This document shows positions 1 to 13,096 of a stretch of 64,000 nt of DNA, piece by piece. The first letter of the stretch is position 1; each line of letters begins with the position of its first letter. The notes beneath the pieces were generated by a model. That model saw nothing but the letters and a program-made list of their open reading frames with translations, ran no database searches and had not been told where the DNA came from. The stretch is taken from assembly GCA_964016885.1 (NCBI GenBank), contig OZ024742.1:204600001-204664000 (forward strand), given 5' to 3'. Position numbers and translations under genes: made by a program. Origin of the DNA: Eledone cirrhosa (lineage: Eukaryota).

Positions 1-349
1 TATGCTTATTTCAGCTGTAATATAATTCTTTCCTCATACATGCCTTATTGATTGTATTGACTCCTGCATTATAAACACTTAACATTACCTGATCTCCAAT
101 GCTAAGATATCTTATATTTTATATCTATCCTATCTTACATTTTTCCTTGCTGGTACCTTTTTTGCCTGTACTTTTTGCTTGTACCTCTTGCACTTTCCAC
201 CAGTGCTCCTTGTAATTGTATCCTCTCAAGCATAACATCTTTTTAACTCCTGATTCTCTACATGTTGTCTACGACACTAACAACACTTATGTATCTACCT
301 AAATGTTCTGAATGACTAGGATTTTAATCACCTGTTTAGACATTCCCTA

Positions 350-396
350 TGCTCCGATGATCACAGACATCCCTCTGGGAGAAACAATTGTCAGCA
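350..396 (+). ncRNA. Type I minimal hammerhead ribozyme in a PLE-like 3' terminal remnant (1-560)
   Basis: tgct-CCGATGA-tcacaga catccc tctggga-GAAA-caattg-TC-agca: stem I tgct/agca, palindromic stem III, GUC cleavage site. Followed by AATAAA and CATTGAG (470). Confidence 0.75.
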
Positions 397-559
397 AATA
401 AATGTATTAAACTAAGATTTGATTGTTTTAACACGTTGTATCTCGGCTCTGTAAACACTTGATCATTTGCATTGAGCCTTTTGTCATACCGTTAACCGGC
501 TACTACTTAGTACTATACTACCCTCCATATTTATAATTATATATTAAACATATATAAGT

Positions 560-1483
<924 letters not shown>

Positions 1484-1661
1484 AATCTACCAAAATATAC
1501 GGTAGTGTCCAATCCGTATGAAGAACTCAATGTAATCCAAATATCATGAAAAGCGATGTATTCAAAATTTTTTCGATGAAAAACACAGGAAAACAGAGTC
1601 AGATAAATTTATAACAATAATGAATAAAAACAAAGAAACAGTTCCTTATATTAAAAAATTC

Positions 1662-1795
1662 ATCATTTTACGATCGTTTCTAGCATATATATGTGTGTGT
1701 TGGTATGTATATCATATAGATCTATGTAAAAGTTTTACAAACTATCAGAGGGAATATACATACCTACACATATATATGCTGTCTTTAGAAATAAT
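1662..1795 (-). ncRNA. Hammerhead ribozyme with long stem II (core mutated to CUAAAGA)
   Basis: Reverse complement: attattt-CTAAAGA-c agcatatatatgtg...cacatatatatgct a-GAAA-cgatcg-TA-aaatgat. Confidence 0.65.
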
Positions 1796-1897
1796 TGTTT
1801 CTACTTTTGGCACAAGGCCAGCAATTACCCAGTGTATTACTGGTACTTTATTTTATCGACCCCGTAAAGATGAAAAGCAAAGTCAACCTCGGCGGGA
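1796..1897 (-). mobile_element. 5'-truncated tRNA-derived SINE with 10-bp target-site duplication
   Basis: Matches the 3' part of 4846-5035. Flanked by tagaaataat at 1786-1795 and 1898-1907. Confidence 0.85.
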
Positions 1898-2660
1898 TAG
1901 AAATAATGATATTTGTTTATTGAAAAAAGCCAACAAAGATTTAATAAAATAGGTCGGTTTGGTAACAGGTTTTGAATTGACCAATAGAAAAGTAGTAAGT
2001 GGTCAAGTTTATAGAATAGTAGTAGTAGAGATTTAATTAAGGGGTAGAGAGAATGCAGACTTCAGTTTTGAATGGAAAGAGTATTTTGAATTAAAAGATT
2101 ACTTTGGGGATGAAAATAGGTCAAGCCGGTGAAAGGAACACGAAAATTTGAGGTTATTAAAGAATAATGCTAATGTTAAAATCTAGGGAGAATAAAATTT
2201 TACTATAAATCTGTTCGTGAAAAATATCAATCTTATTTAAAACATAAGGAATATAGATCTATAAAAAGAAATTAGAATATAGATCTATAAAAATTAATTT
2301 AATTGATAGGTATATTTATAGGGATAAATTTATATTAATTCATATAGATATGATAATATATAATTTATATTAATTCATATTAATTCATATATGAATTAAT
2401 ATAAATTTATCCCTATAAATATACCTATCAATTAAATTAATTTAATTTCTTTTTATAGATCTACATTCCTTAATGTTTAAATAAGATTGATATATTTCAC
2501 TAACACATTTATAGTACAATTGTATTCTCCTTAGATTTTAACATTAGCATTATTCTTTAATAACATCAAATTTTCGTGTACCTTTCAACGATCGTAAAAT
2601 GATGAATTTTTTAATATAAGGAAAGGAACTGTTTCTTTGTTTTTATTCATTATTTTATTA

Positions 2661-2707
<47 letters not shown>

Positions 2708-2721
2708 ATATAATATATATA

Positions 2722-2782
<61 letters not shown>

Positions 2783-2802
2783 ATATATAATATATATAAA
2801 TA

Positions 2803-2833
<31 letters not shown>

Positions 2834-2861
2834 ATATATAATATATATAAATAATATATAT

Positions 2862-3100
2862 ATATAGAGATTACAATAATCAAAGTTCAGTTTAAGTCAT
2901 GACTTAAACTGAACTTTGATTATTGTAATCTCTATATAACTGCTCTGTAAAACAACTGATGTTATTACATTGAGCTATTTATCTTACTGGTAATAGGATA
3001 GTAATTAATGACTATCTTTCACTATTTAAGGTTTGTATAAATAATATATTACCATTAAAGGTTTTATTACATACATAACCATAAATAGTATCCTTAATAC
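2862..3100 (+). mobile_element. Ultra-short fold-back PLE-tail insertion (family of 20604-24767)
   Basis: Perfect palindrome 2862-2936, then a tail nearly identical to 24600-24765. Confidence 0.75.
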
Positions 3101-3134
<34 letters not shown>

Positions 3135-3180
3135 ATATAATATATATATATAATATATATAAATAATATATATATATATA

Positions 3181-4440
3181 TTGGATTAAATGCTCTGAAA
3201 TAGCGATATATATGTGAAGATAGACATAGAATATTCGAAAATATTCTGTATGTTTATAATAAACATTTTGAAGACCTAATCGCTATAGAATAGAATACGT
3301 CACGTATTACAATTAGATTCTCGATAAAAGCAAGGGAAGTAACCTACGCGTTTCATTCTTATTAGAAATCTTCAGGATTACATATCCAGTGCTTTTATCG
3401 AGAATGACACAGCTAGAGACTTATAGAATACTTAGCTGTGTACAGGAACTGGTTTGAAAGAGCGGTTGCCGGTCCGGCAGAAATTAGAAATTGGATTAAA
3501 TGCTCTGAAATAGCGATATATATGTGAAGATAGACATAGAATATTCGAAAATATTCTGTATGTTTATAATAAACATTTTGAAGACCTAATCGCTATAGAA
3601 TAGAATACGTCACGTATTACAATTAGATTCTCGATAAAAGCAAGGGAAGTAACCTACGCGTTTCATTCTTATTAGAAATCTTCAGGATTACATATCCAGT
3701 GCTTTTATCGAGAATGACACAGCTAGAGACTTATAGAATACTTAGCTGTGTACAGGAACTGGTTTGAAAGAGCGGTTGCCGGTCCGGCAGAAATTAGAAA
3801 TTGGATTAAATGCTCTGAAATAGCGATATATATGTGAAGATAGACATAGAATATTCGAAAATATTCTGTATATTTATAATAAACATTTGAAGACCTAATC
3901 GCTATAGAATAGAATACGTCACGTATTACAATTAGATTCTCGATAAAAGCAAGGGAAGTAACCTACGCGTTTCATTCTTATTAGAAATCTTCAGGATTAC
4001 ATATCCAGTGCTTTTATCGAGAATGACACAGCTATAGACTTATAGAATACTTAGCTGTGTATATTCTATAGCGATTAGGTCTTCAAAATGTTTATTATAA
4101 ACATACAGAATATTTTCGAATATTCTATGTCTATCTTCACATATATATCGCTATTTCAGAGCATTTAATCCAATTTCTAATTTCTGCCGGACCGGCAACC
4201 GCTCTTTCAAACCAGTTCCTGTACACAGCTAAGTATTCTATAAGTCTCTAGCTGTGTCATTCTCGATAAAAGCACTGGATATGTAATCCTGAAGATTTCT
4301 AATAAGAATGAAACGCGTAGGTTACTTCCTTGCTTTTATCGAGAATCTAAGTGTAATACGTGACGTATTCTATTCTATAGCGATTAGGTCTTCAAAATGT
4401 TTATTACAAACATACAGAATATTTTCGAATATTCTATGTC

Positions 4441-4442
<2 letters not shown>
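3181..4442. mobile_element. Retrozyme-like 310-bp tandem repeat: about 2.8 units (HHR on -) plus about 1.2 inverted units (HHR on +)
   Basis: ttggattaaa recurs at 3181, 3491 and 3801. Inversion junction at about 4061/4062. One HHR per unit; no ORF. Confidence 0.85.
4283..4325 (+). ncRNA. Type I hammerhead ribozyme (copies on - at 3339-3381, 3649-3691, 3958-4000)
   Basis: gtaatc-CTGAAGA-tttct aata agaat-GAAA-cgcg-TA-ggttac. Stem I is extended past an internal loop by ttctcgataaaagca/tgcttttatcgagaa. Confidence 0.88.
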
Positions 4443-4472
<30 letters not shown>

Positions 4473-4542
4473 ATATAATATATATAAATAATATACATTT
4501 ATATGTATATATTATATATATATATGTATAATATATATAAAT

Positions 4543-4628
<86 letters not shown>

Positions 4629-4646
4629 ATATAATATATATAAATA

Positions 4647-4677
<31 letters not shown>

Positions 4678-4701
4678 ATTATATATATATATATAAATAA
4701 C

Positions 4702-4732
<31 letters not shown>

Positions 4733-4776
4733 ATATAAATAACATATATATATATATATAATATATATATATATAT

Positions 4777-4818
<42 letters not shown>

Positions 4819-4845
4819 ATATATATATAATATATATATATATAA

Positions 4846-5035
4846 TGAGGGCGGTGGATTGGCAGTATCGGTAGAGGGTCGGACGCCATGCTTTCCAGCA
4901 TAGTTACGTCCCTTTACGTTCTGAGTTCAAATCCCGCCGAGGTTGACTTTGCCTTTCATCCTTATGGGGTCAATAAAATAAAGTACCAGTAATGCACTGG
5001 GTAATTGCTGGCCTTGTGCCTAAAGTAGAAACAAT
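4846..5035 (+). mobile_element. Full-length tRNA-derived SINE (Meta-domain-like body); fragments at 5756-5860, 15830-15965, 27425-27487
   Basis: A-box-like tggcagtatcgg, B-box gagttcaaatccc, body gcctttcatcc..ggggtc(g)ataaaataaagtacc. Confidence 0.85.
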
Positions 5036-5110
5036 TATATATATATATATATATAATATATATATATTATATATATAATATATATATATATATATATTGT
5101 ATATATATAT

Positions 5111-5141
<31 letters not shown>

Positions 5142-5206
5142 TATATACATATATAATATATATATAGAATCATCTGGAATTTATATAATATATATATATA
5201 ATATAT

Positions 5207-5238
<32 letters not shown>

Positions 5239-5259
5239 ATATATATATATATAATATAT

Positions 5260-5405
5260 AGGAACCAGTAAGACCCCGACAGCTGAGCTCAAGCCGTTTC
5301 GACGGCTAATTCTGGACTCAAGTATTGAGTACTTTGGTGCGTTATGGTCCACCTGGTTCCTTACCACATTTCCTTCGTAATATATATATATATATATTAT
5401 ATATA

Positions 5406-5438
<33 letters not shown>

Positions 5439-5520
5439 ATAATATATATGATATATATATCATATATATATATAATATATATATATAATATATATATATA
5501 TATAATATATATATATATAT

Positions 5521-5559
<39 letters not shown>

Positions 5560-5642
5560 CATATGGTTGTGGTTCCTATTACCAACTATTGAGTAGTTTG
5601 ATGCGTTATGGTCCACCTGGTTCCTTACCACATTTCCTTCGT
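5260..5642 (+). repeat. Two short copies of an unclassified retroelement tail (5260-5380, 5557-5642)
   Basis: Shared tattgagta...gcgttatggtccacctggttccttaccacatttccttcgt ending in (TA)n. Confidence 0.55.
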
Positions 5643-5669
5643 TATATATATATTTATATATTATATATA

Positions 5670-5700
<31 letters not shown>

Positions 5701-5964
5701 ATAATATATATAATATATATATATATAATATATATATATATTATATATATTATATATCCCGCCGAGGTTGACTTTGCCTTTCATCATTACGGGGTCGATA
5801 AAATAAAGTACCAGTAATGCACTGGGTAATTGCTGGCCTTGTGCCTAACGTAGAAACAATTATATATATATATTATATATATATATATTATATATATATT
5901 ATATATATATTATATATATATATATATATTATATATATATATATATATTATATATATATATATA

Positions 5965-6260
5965 TTACGATATTAAACAAATGGAAACTATATTTATAAA
6001 ACTATATTTATTTCGTTATATATATTTCTGGGATATCATATTAAAAATATGGTATGCCTTCCTCAGACAAAATACAATATACAAGCTGTTTTATAATATG
6101 ATATCCCAGAAATATATATAACGAAATGAATATGGTTTTATAAATATAGTTTCCATTTGTTTAATATCGTAAACCTACTCCAAAAACTGTTGAGTGCTTT
6201 TATATCAGTTATAAAATATTTACTCGTTGTAACCCAACAATTTTAAATAAATCTGTTGCA
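5965..6260. mobile_element. Fold-back HHR element (family of 61315-61590); HHR on - at 6009-6074
   Basis: Inverted arms 5965-6042/6095-6172 plus tail. Reverse complement: tattttgt-CTGAGGA-agg..ccatatt ttt aatatg..cca-GAAA-tatata-TA-acgaaata. Confidence 0.75.
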
Positions 6261-6266
6261 TATATA

Positions 6267-6464
<198 letters not shown>

Positions 6465-6465
6465 A

Positions 6466-6535
<70 letters not shown>

Positions 6536-6539
6536 ATAT

Positions 6540-6573
<34 letters not shown>

Positions 6574-6622
6574 ATATATTATATATACATATATTATATA
6601 TATATATATATATTATATATAT

Positions 6623-6656
<34 letters not shown>

Positions 6657-6886
6657 ATATTATATATATATATATATTATATATATATATATATATTATA
6701 TATATATATATATTATATATATATATATATTATATATATATATATATATTATATATATATATATTATATATATATATATATATTATATATATATATATTA
6801 TATATATATATATTATATATATATATTATATATATATATATATATATTATATATATTATATATATTATATATATATATATATTATA

Positions 6887-6929
<43 letters not shown>

Positions 6930-7041
6930 ATATTATATATATATATATATATATATCTAAAATATATTATATATATTATATATATATATATTATATATAT
7001 ATATATATTATATATATATATATATGTATTATACATATTAT

Positions 7042-7097
<56 letters not shown>

Positions 7098-7103
7098 ATA
7101 TAT

Positions 7104-7136
<33 letters not shown>

Positions 7137-7296
7137 ATATATATATATATATATATGATATATATATATATATTATATATATATATATATTATATATATA
7201 TATTATATATATATATATTATATATATATATATATATTATATATATATATATTATATATATATATATATGATATATATATATTATATATATATATA

Positions 7297-7388
<92 letters not shown>

Positions 7389-7455
7389 ATATATATATTA
7401 TATATGATATATATATTATATATATATTTTATTTCATTGTTTTAACTTATATATG

Positions 7456-7516
<61 letters not shown>

Positions 7517-7523
7517 GTATATA

Positions 7524-7571
<48 letters not shown>

Positions 7572-7594
7572 TATATATATATATATATATATAT

Positions 7595-7849
7595 TAATAA
7601 TAATAAATTTGAAGACTAAAATCCAAAGAGGGCTCGATAAGGATAAATATATATCGAATATATAAGAACCGTAGGGCAAATATTTATTAAAATAACAGAT
7701 TAAAGTTTAAGCAAAGAATCGCTGCTTTCACCCTTAACGGGATCTTCTGAAACTAACAAAGTCAATCTCATTGACTTTGTTAGTTTCAGAAGATCCCGTT
7801 AAGGGTGAAAGCAGCGATTCTTTGCTGAAACTTTAATCTGTTATTTTAT

Positions 7850-7855
<6 letters not shown>
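7595..7855. mobile_element. Fold-back HHR-like element; HHR on - at 7704-7754 and on + at 7782-7832; third copy at 11287-11362 (-)
   Basis: Inverted arms 7681-7766/7770-7855. agttt-CAGAAGA-t ccc gttaa ggg t-GAAA-gca..tgc-TT-aaact; distal stem acagatt/aatctgt in the 11.3-kb copy. Confidence 0.65.
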
Positions 7856-7880
<25 letters not shown>

Positions 7881-7887
<7 letters not shown>

Positions 7888-8610
7888 GCCTATGATGGTT
7901 GGAAGATCACTGATGAAGGACAAACTTTTTCATATGTAACCCATTTGCAACGCCGCAGCTCCATTATTATCATATTTACACATATATTTTTTCCTCTGCT
8001 GCTACCCGTCTGTTTCGTTCTTTGTATCTTTACCCTTTCTAGCAGTCTCTCTCTCTGTTAGCCTCTTCCTCACCCTTCACTCACTCATTCTCTGTCACTA
8101 CCTCTCCTCCTCCTCTTTCTTCCCGTTTGACCTGTGTGTGATTCTTTTCTCTCGCACGCTGGCCAAGCTGGTATGAATTTTTTTTTTTTTTTTTTTCTCT
8201 CTCTCGTCTACGATTTCACAAAACTTATGTTTACCGAATTCGCAGACCAGACCCCTTCTTCCCCCCGTTAGACCTGTGCGAAATTCCTTCCTTGCTCACA
8301 TTTTCAACCAGGTTTGATGGTCTTTATTCTCTCGTTCACGATTTCACCGAATTTAAATTCATAGAAACCTGGGACTTGTCTCTTTCTTCATCACTTTCTG
8401 TTGCTTAAACCATTTTGTTTGTTTACCCTCGCATCCCCTTTATTTACGTGTCCCAACGACTTTTTTTAGCCGTTGCTCGCACCAACCGGAGGTATATGGT
8501 CTTTAAAGCGATGAAATGCCTATGATGGTTGGAAGATCACTGATGAAGGACAAACTTTTTCATATGTAACCCATTTGCAACGCCGCAGCTCCATTATTAT
8601 CATATTTACA
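7881..8610 (+). mobile_element. 630-bp non-coding unit with about 100-bp terminal direct repeats carrying a permuted HHR-like motif
   Basis: 7881-7985 repeats at 8511-8612. Homologues at about 37350-37840 and 61955-62066. Confidence 0.65.
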
Positions 8611-8677
8611 TATATATATTATATATATATATATATCTTATATATATATATATATATATAATATATATCTATCTATC

Positions 8678-11232
8678 TAAGGCGGGTAAAATTCCCGAGA
8701 TCCATGGACGAGTTCTCTCCAGCGGTCTCTGTCTCTCATTATCGCTGCCATGTCCTGCGTCTCCAACAGACCAGTGTCTGTCCTTAGGGCATCAACATAC
8801 GTTAACCTTGGTCTTCTTCTTCTAGTGTGTCCATGTAGGGGCTCCCACATGAGCACTGAGTGCAATGTCAACTCTGGATGTCGGTGAGCATGTCCAGCTA
8901 ACCTCAGTCTCCTCGAGGAGAGTGGTATACAGATACTTGCGATCCAAGAACACAGGATCCTACACGATGAGCCCGTGAGGAGTGTGATGATTGGGAAGAG
9001 GAGCCAGCTCATCACTACATCGGCAGTGAAGAACATGACCAATGCTGCATTGGGGGGAGTGGGTTTTGTTTTCAGCACAAAAACCAGTCTATTGGTGAGG
9101 GAAATAATGCCTGTCTATCCGCGAGTGTTGAGGGTGACCTTCAATGGAAACCCAAGACTGACAGTCATCTCAGCCTATAGTCCAACCGAGGGGGACAGTT
9201 ATGTGAGTGCGGAAGAGTTCCATGAGGAGGTGTGTAGAGCTGTCAACACCACTCCGTCACAAAATATCCTGCTTGTTTGGGGGGGACTTCAATGCACATC
9301 TGAGTAAGGAGGGCAGTGAAGATCCTTGCTGGTACTTCCATAACAACACCAACCGAAATGGAAGACTACTGAGAGACACCCTGCTGGAGGCGAACTTGAT
9401 AGCGACCAACCTAAGGTTTAGGAAGAATCCGGGGAAGATGTGGACCTACATCTCAGATATGCACCTGTCCAAGTCCCAGATTGATTTCATTCTGGTGAGG
9501 AAAAAGTGGCGGAATAGTGTTCTGAACACAGAACCATACAACTATTTCAGTACACTGGGTAGTGACCACCGGCTTGTTATGAGTGAGGTCCGGGTGAGCT
9601 TAAGAAAGAGCAAGGCTCGGCCCCGGAGAGCAATCTATGACTGGGGAGCTTTCAAGGAAGATGATAAGCTACAAGAGAGGTTCACAGTGGAAGTGAGAAA
9701 CAGGTTCAGTGCTCTGTGTGGAGAGTCAGAGGAGTGAGAGATTGGATGGACTGAGGAGAGTGTGACGAGGAGGTAAGGGCACTTCACCAATGCAGTGGCG
9801 GACCCTGGTGACGATAAAAAAGAACAAAAAGACGCACGTCAGCTCTGCAAACCCAAAAGTGTGTGCAGCCAGAGAACACCTGAAAGCTGCCAAGGACCAA
9901 TTCTATGCTGATCCTACGGAGGAGAGGAAGGAGACTATAGAGGTGATGAGGGAAGAACTGTGTACCGCTTACACTGAGGCCAGAGAGGGGACACTGATAG
10001 AGAAGATCAGAAGTGTGGAGAGAGCGGTTGACAGATCTGGATGTAAGGAGAGCTGGATGATCATCAACGAGATCACAGGGGGGGGGTCTGTAACCGGGCA
10101 CTGGAGAAAGGAGTTGCCCCAAATCAGTGGAGGATCAGTAACATCGTCCCAGTGCCAAAGAAGGGAGATCTCTCTAACACCAACAACTACAGGGGGATCT
10201 CACTGACGTCACTTGTGGCAAAGACCCTCAACAGGATGATTCTTAACAGGATCCAGCCTGAGATGGAGAAGAAGCTCAGAGAGAACCAGAACGGCTTCAG
10301 AGAGGGAAGATCAACCACCAGTCACATCCTGATGCTGAGGAGGATATTAGAGGGAGCTAGAGCAAAGTGTCTTCCTGCGGTCATGGTTTTCATTGACTTT
10401 AGGAAGGCCTTTGATTCTGTGGACCGTCACTGCCTGATGAAGATCTTACAGGTTTATGGAATCCCCAAGAAGATAGTGGACCTGATATCACTGCTCTACA
10501 CAAACAGCAAAGCCCAAGTCATTACACGTGATGGGATGACAGAGTTCTTTGAGATACTGGCTGGAGTGCTCCAGGGAGATACATTGGCTCCCTACCTTTT
10601 TATCATCGTAGTGGACTATTGTATGCGCCTTGCACTGGAGAAACACCAGGACTCTGGCTTTACTGTAGCACCGGCTCAGAGCAGGAGAGTTAAGGCGAAA
10701 AAGGTATCGGATGCTGAATTTGCCGATGACATAGTTTTGGTGACAAATACAGTGAAGGAGGCAGAGGATTTGATGCGGGAGGTTGAGACTGTGTCGATGA
10801 GTGTGGGGCTGAGAATGAATGAGACTAAAACAAAATATCTGGTAGAGAATGTTGAGAAGCCAGAGGGGATCACTAATGTAGGCGGGAAGCCGCTAGAATT
10901 GGTTGAGGGCTTCCTGTATTTGGGAGCAAAGATTGGGAATACGGAAGATGATGTGGTTGAGAGGAAGGGCAAAGCCTGGGCGGCGTGCCACAGCTTGAGA
11001 TCGGTGTGGAAGTCGGACCTTCGTAAAGACCTGAAAATCCGTCTCTTCATTGGTGTAGTGGAGTCTGTGCTGCTGTACGGGTCTCAGACCTGGACACTGA
11101 CCAAGAAACTCACTCAGATGGTGTATGGGTGCTTCACGAGAATGCTGAGGATGGCTCTGAACATTAATCAGTATACACTGAGGATGAAAAAACTCAGAGC
11201 TGTATGGGAGCATCCCAAAAGTCAGCTCAAAA
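8678..11232. mobile_element. RTE-clade LINE with 5' inversion (3' end on - at 8678-8915; APE-RT body on + at 8915-11232)
   Basis: APE motifs (SAYSPT, GDFNAH, QIDFIL, SDHRL) and RT motifs (NYRGISL, FIDFRKAFDSV, GVLQGDTLAP, FADD). C-terminus RRLRLAGH..HPE..WEP is on the opposite strand. (TAGA)n tail. Confidence 0.9.
8975..11232 (+). pseudogene. Frameshifted APE endonuclease-reverse transcriptase ORF
   Basis: ORF pieces 8975-9307, 9207-9737, 9790-10206, 10152-11342. Confidence 0.88.
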
Positions 11233-11396
11233 GAATATGTATATATATATTATATATATATATAATATATATATATTTATTAAATAACAGATTAAACTTT
11301 AAGCAAAGAATCGCTGCTTTCACCCTTAACGGGATCTTCTGAAACTAACAAAGTCAATCTGTAAACGCAGAATATATATATTATATTGTTATACTT

Positions 11397-11429
<33 letters not shown>

Positions 11430-11597
11430 TATATTATATTGTTATACTTTATATATATATATATAATATATATATATATTATATTGTTATACTTTATATA
11501 TATATATATAATATATATAATATATATAATATATATAATATATATATATATAATATATATATATATATTATATATATATATAATATATATATATATA

Positions 11598-11708
<111 letters not shown>

Positions 11709-11851
11709 GAGTTTATGTTGGTTGTATACCAACACATGAGTATGCAGGCTGGAGCACTCGACGAAGTGTGCAGGTTGGTTTGGTTACTCCGGAGTAGTGT
11801 AAAATAAAGTTAAATAAAAAGTCAAATGATTAAAATTTAGCTTCGTTTATT

Positions 11852-11906
11852 ACTGCTATATATAATTCAGTGACAGCCATCTTTGGCTGTGACCTCTTCA
11901 GGCAGT
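11852..11906 (-). ncRNA. Hammerhead ribozyme variant in the PLE 3' end
   Basis: Reverse complement: actgc-CTGAAGA-ggtc acagcca aaga tggctgt cact-GAAT-tatata-TA-gcagt, then AATAAA. Confidence 0.7.
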
Positions 11907-13096
11907 TTGAATTAGTATGGTATAGACAAGTACATATGTTGTTGAGGTGTATAATATTGTCAATACTCTGATATGCCCAGTTCCTGGTTGGGTTGTTATT
12001 TCACTGAGGAACTGGTATCATATGAATTCAAACAAACGAATTTCAGTGTCAAAGGTCCTCTTCTCCTCTCATTGGTCAGTTATTAGAACATTCCTCATTC
12101 TAAGTGTTGTTATTGTTGGAGTTAGCTTAAAAAATTGATAAAATAGTAGAAGGGACAAGGTGTTAAAGGAACAAAATAACAAACAAAGTGTCAAACTTCC
12201 CATTGGTCAGTTCTGAGAGCATTCCTCACTCAGAAGTCTATAGAATTCTTTCTGGGGTGAGGCTCCCTGTAGTGTTTTTGTTTGCTATTGTTAAGTACAT
12301 TTGACATCTACCATTATTCTGGTAGTGTTGTTGGTGTTGCGGTCAGCTTATATCTTGCTGCTGCTAACAATTTAGAAGTATCCAGTGTGTGTTTTTTTCT
12401 TAATCCCTCCTGCCACCATCTCTCATAGTGGTGGGGGGGGGGGTTCTTCCATGTATATGAAGAAATATAAGGCAATAAATGAAGAAAACAGAAAATAAAT
12501 AAATAATATAATAAAATAATTAATATAATTTGTATAATTTGAAAATAAATAAATAAAGAAAGAATCAATGAAAAATTGGTGAAAAAGTAATGAAAATGAA
12601 TATGGAGAAGTGAAAAATAATGTAGGATAAAGTGTGTGTGTGCTATAACCAATCTCAAGGTCAGAAATATGTTGGATAGATTGGTATGAGGCCAAGATGT
12701 TAAGATAAGATAAGATAATCAAACTAAATGTGTTTGTGTTATAATCAATCTCAACTTAAAAATAAATATAAAGTGATACAGTGAAGAGGGCAGAAAACAA
12801 ATAACAAATTAATAAAGAGAAATCAAGATTTAAAATTGGAACTTGAAAATCAGAAATCTAGTAAATTAAAAAGTGTTTGTGTTATATAGATGTTGGCCAA
12901 ATTATAATGGCTGTGTCCGATTCTATCTCTAGGCTATCCTGGTGTCTGCTCAGCCTGGGTTGTTCCCTTGAGGGGAGTTCACAACCTAGGGTGTTGTTAC
13001 TGCCCATATAGCTTGAAGGAGGTCTGGCCGAGAGGTGTTTTCATGTTCTGTAGAAGTCCCTATAGCTTGAGGGGAGTTCACATCTTCTTGTGTTGC

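Larger units (their letters stand above)
1484..2655 (-). mobile_element. PLE 3'-end remnant with fold-back arms (same family as 38992-43315)
   Basis: 1484-1795 aligns with 38995-39340. Inverted repeats at 1616-1678/2587-2654 and about 2140-2350/2390-2580. Confidence 0.7.
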
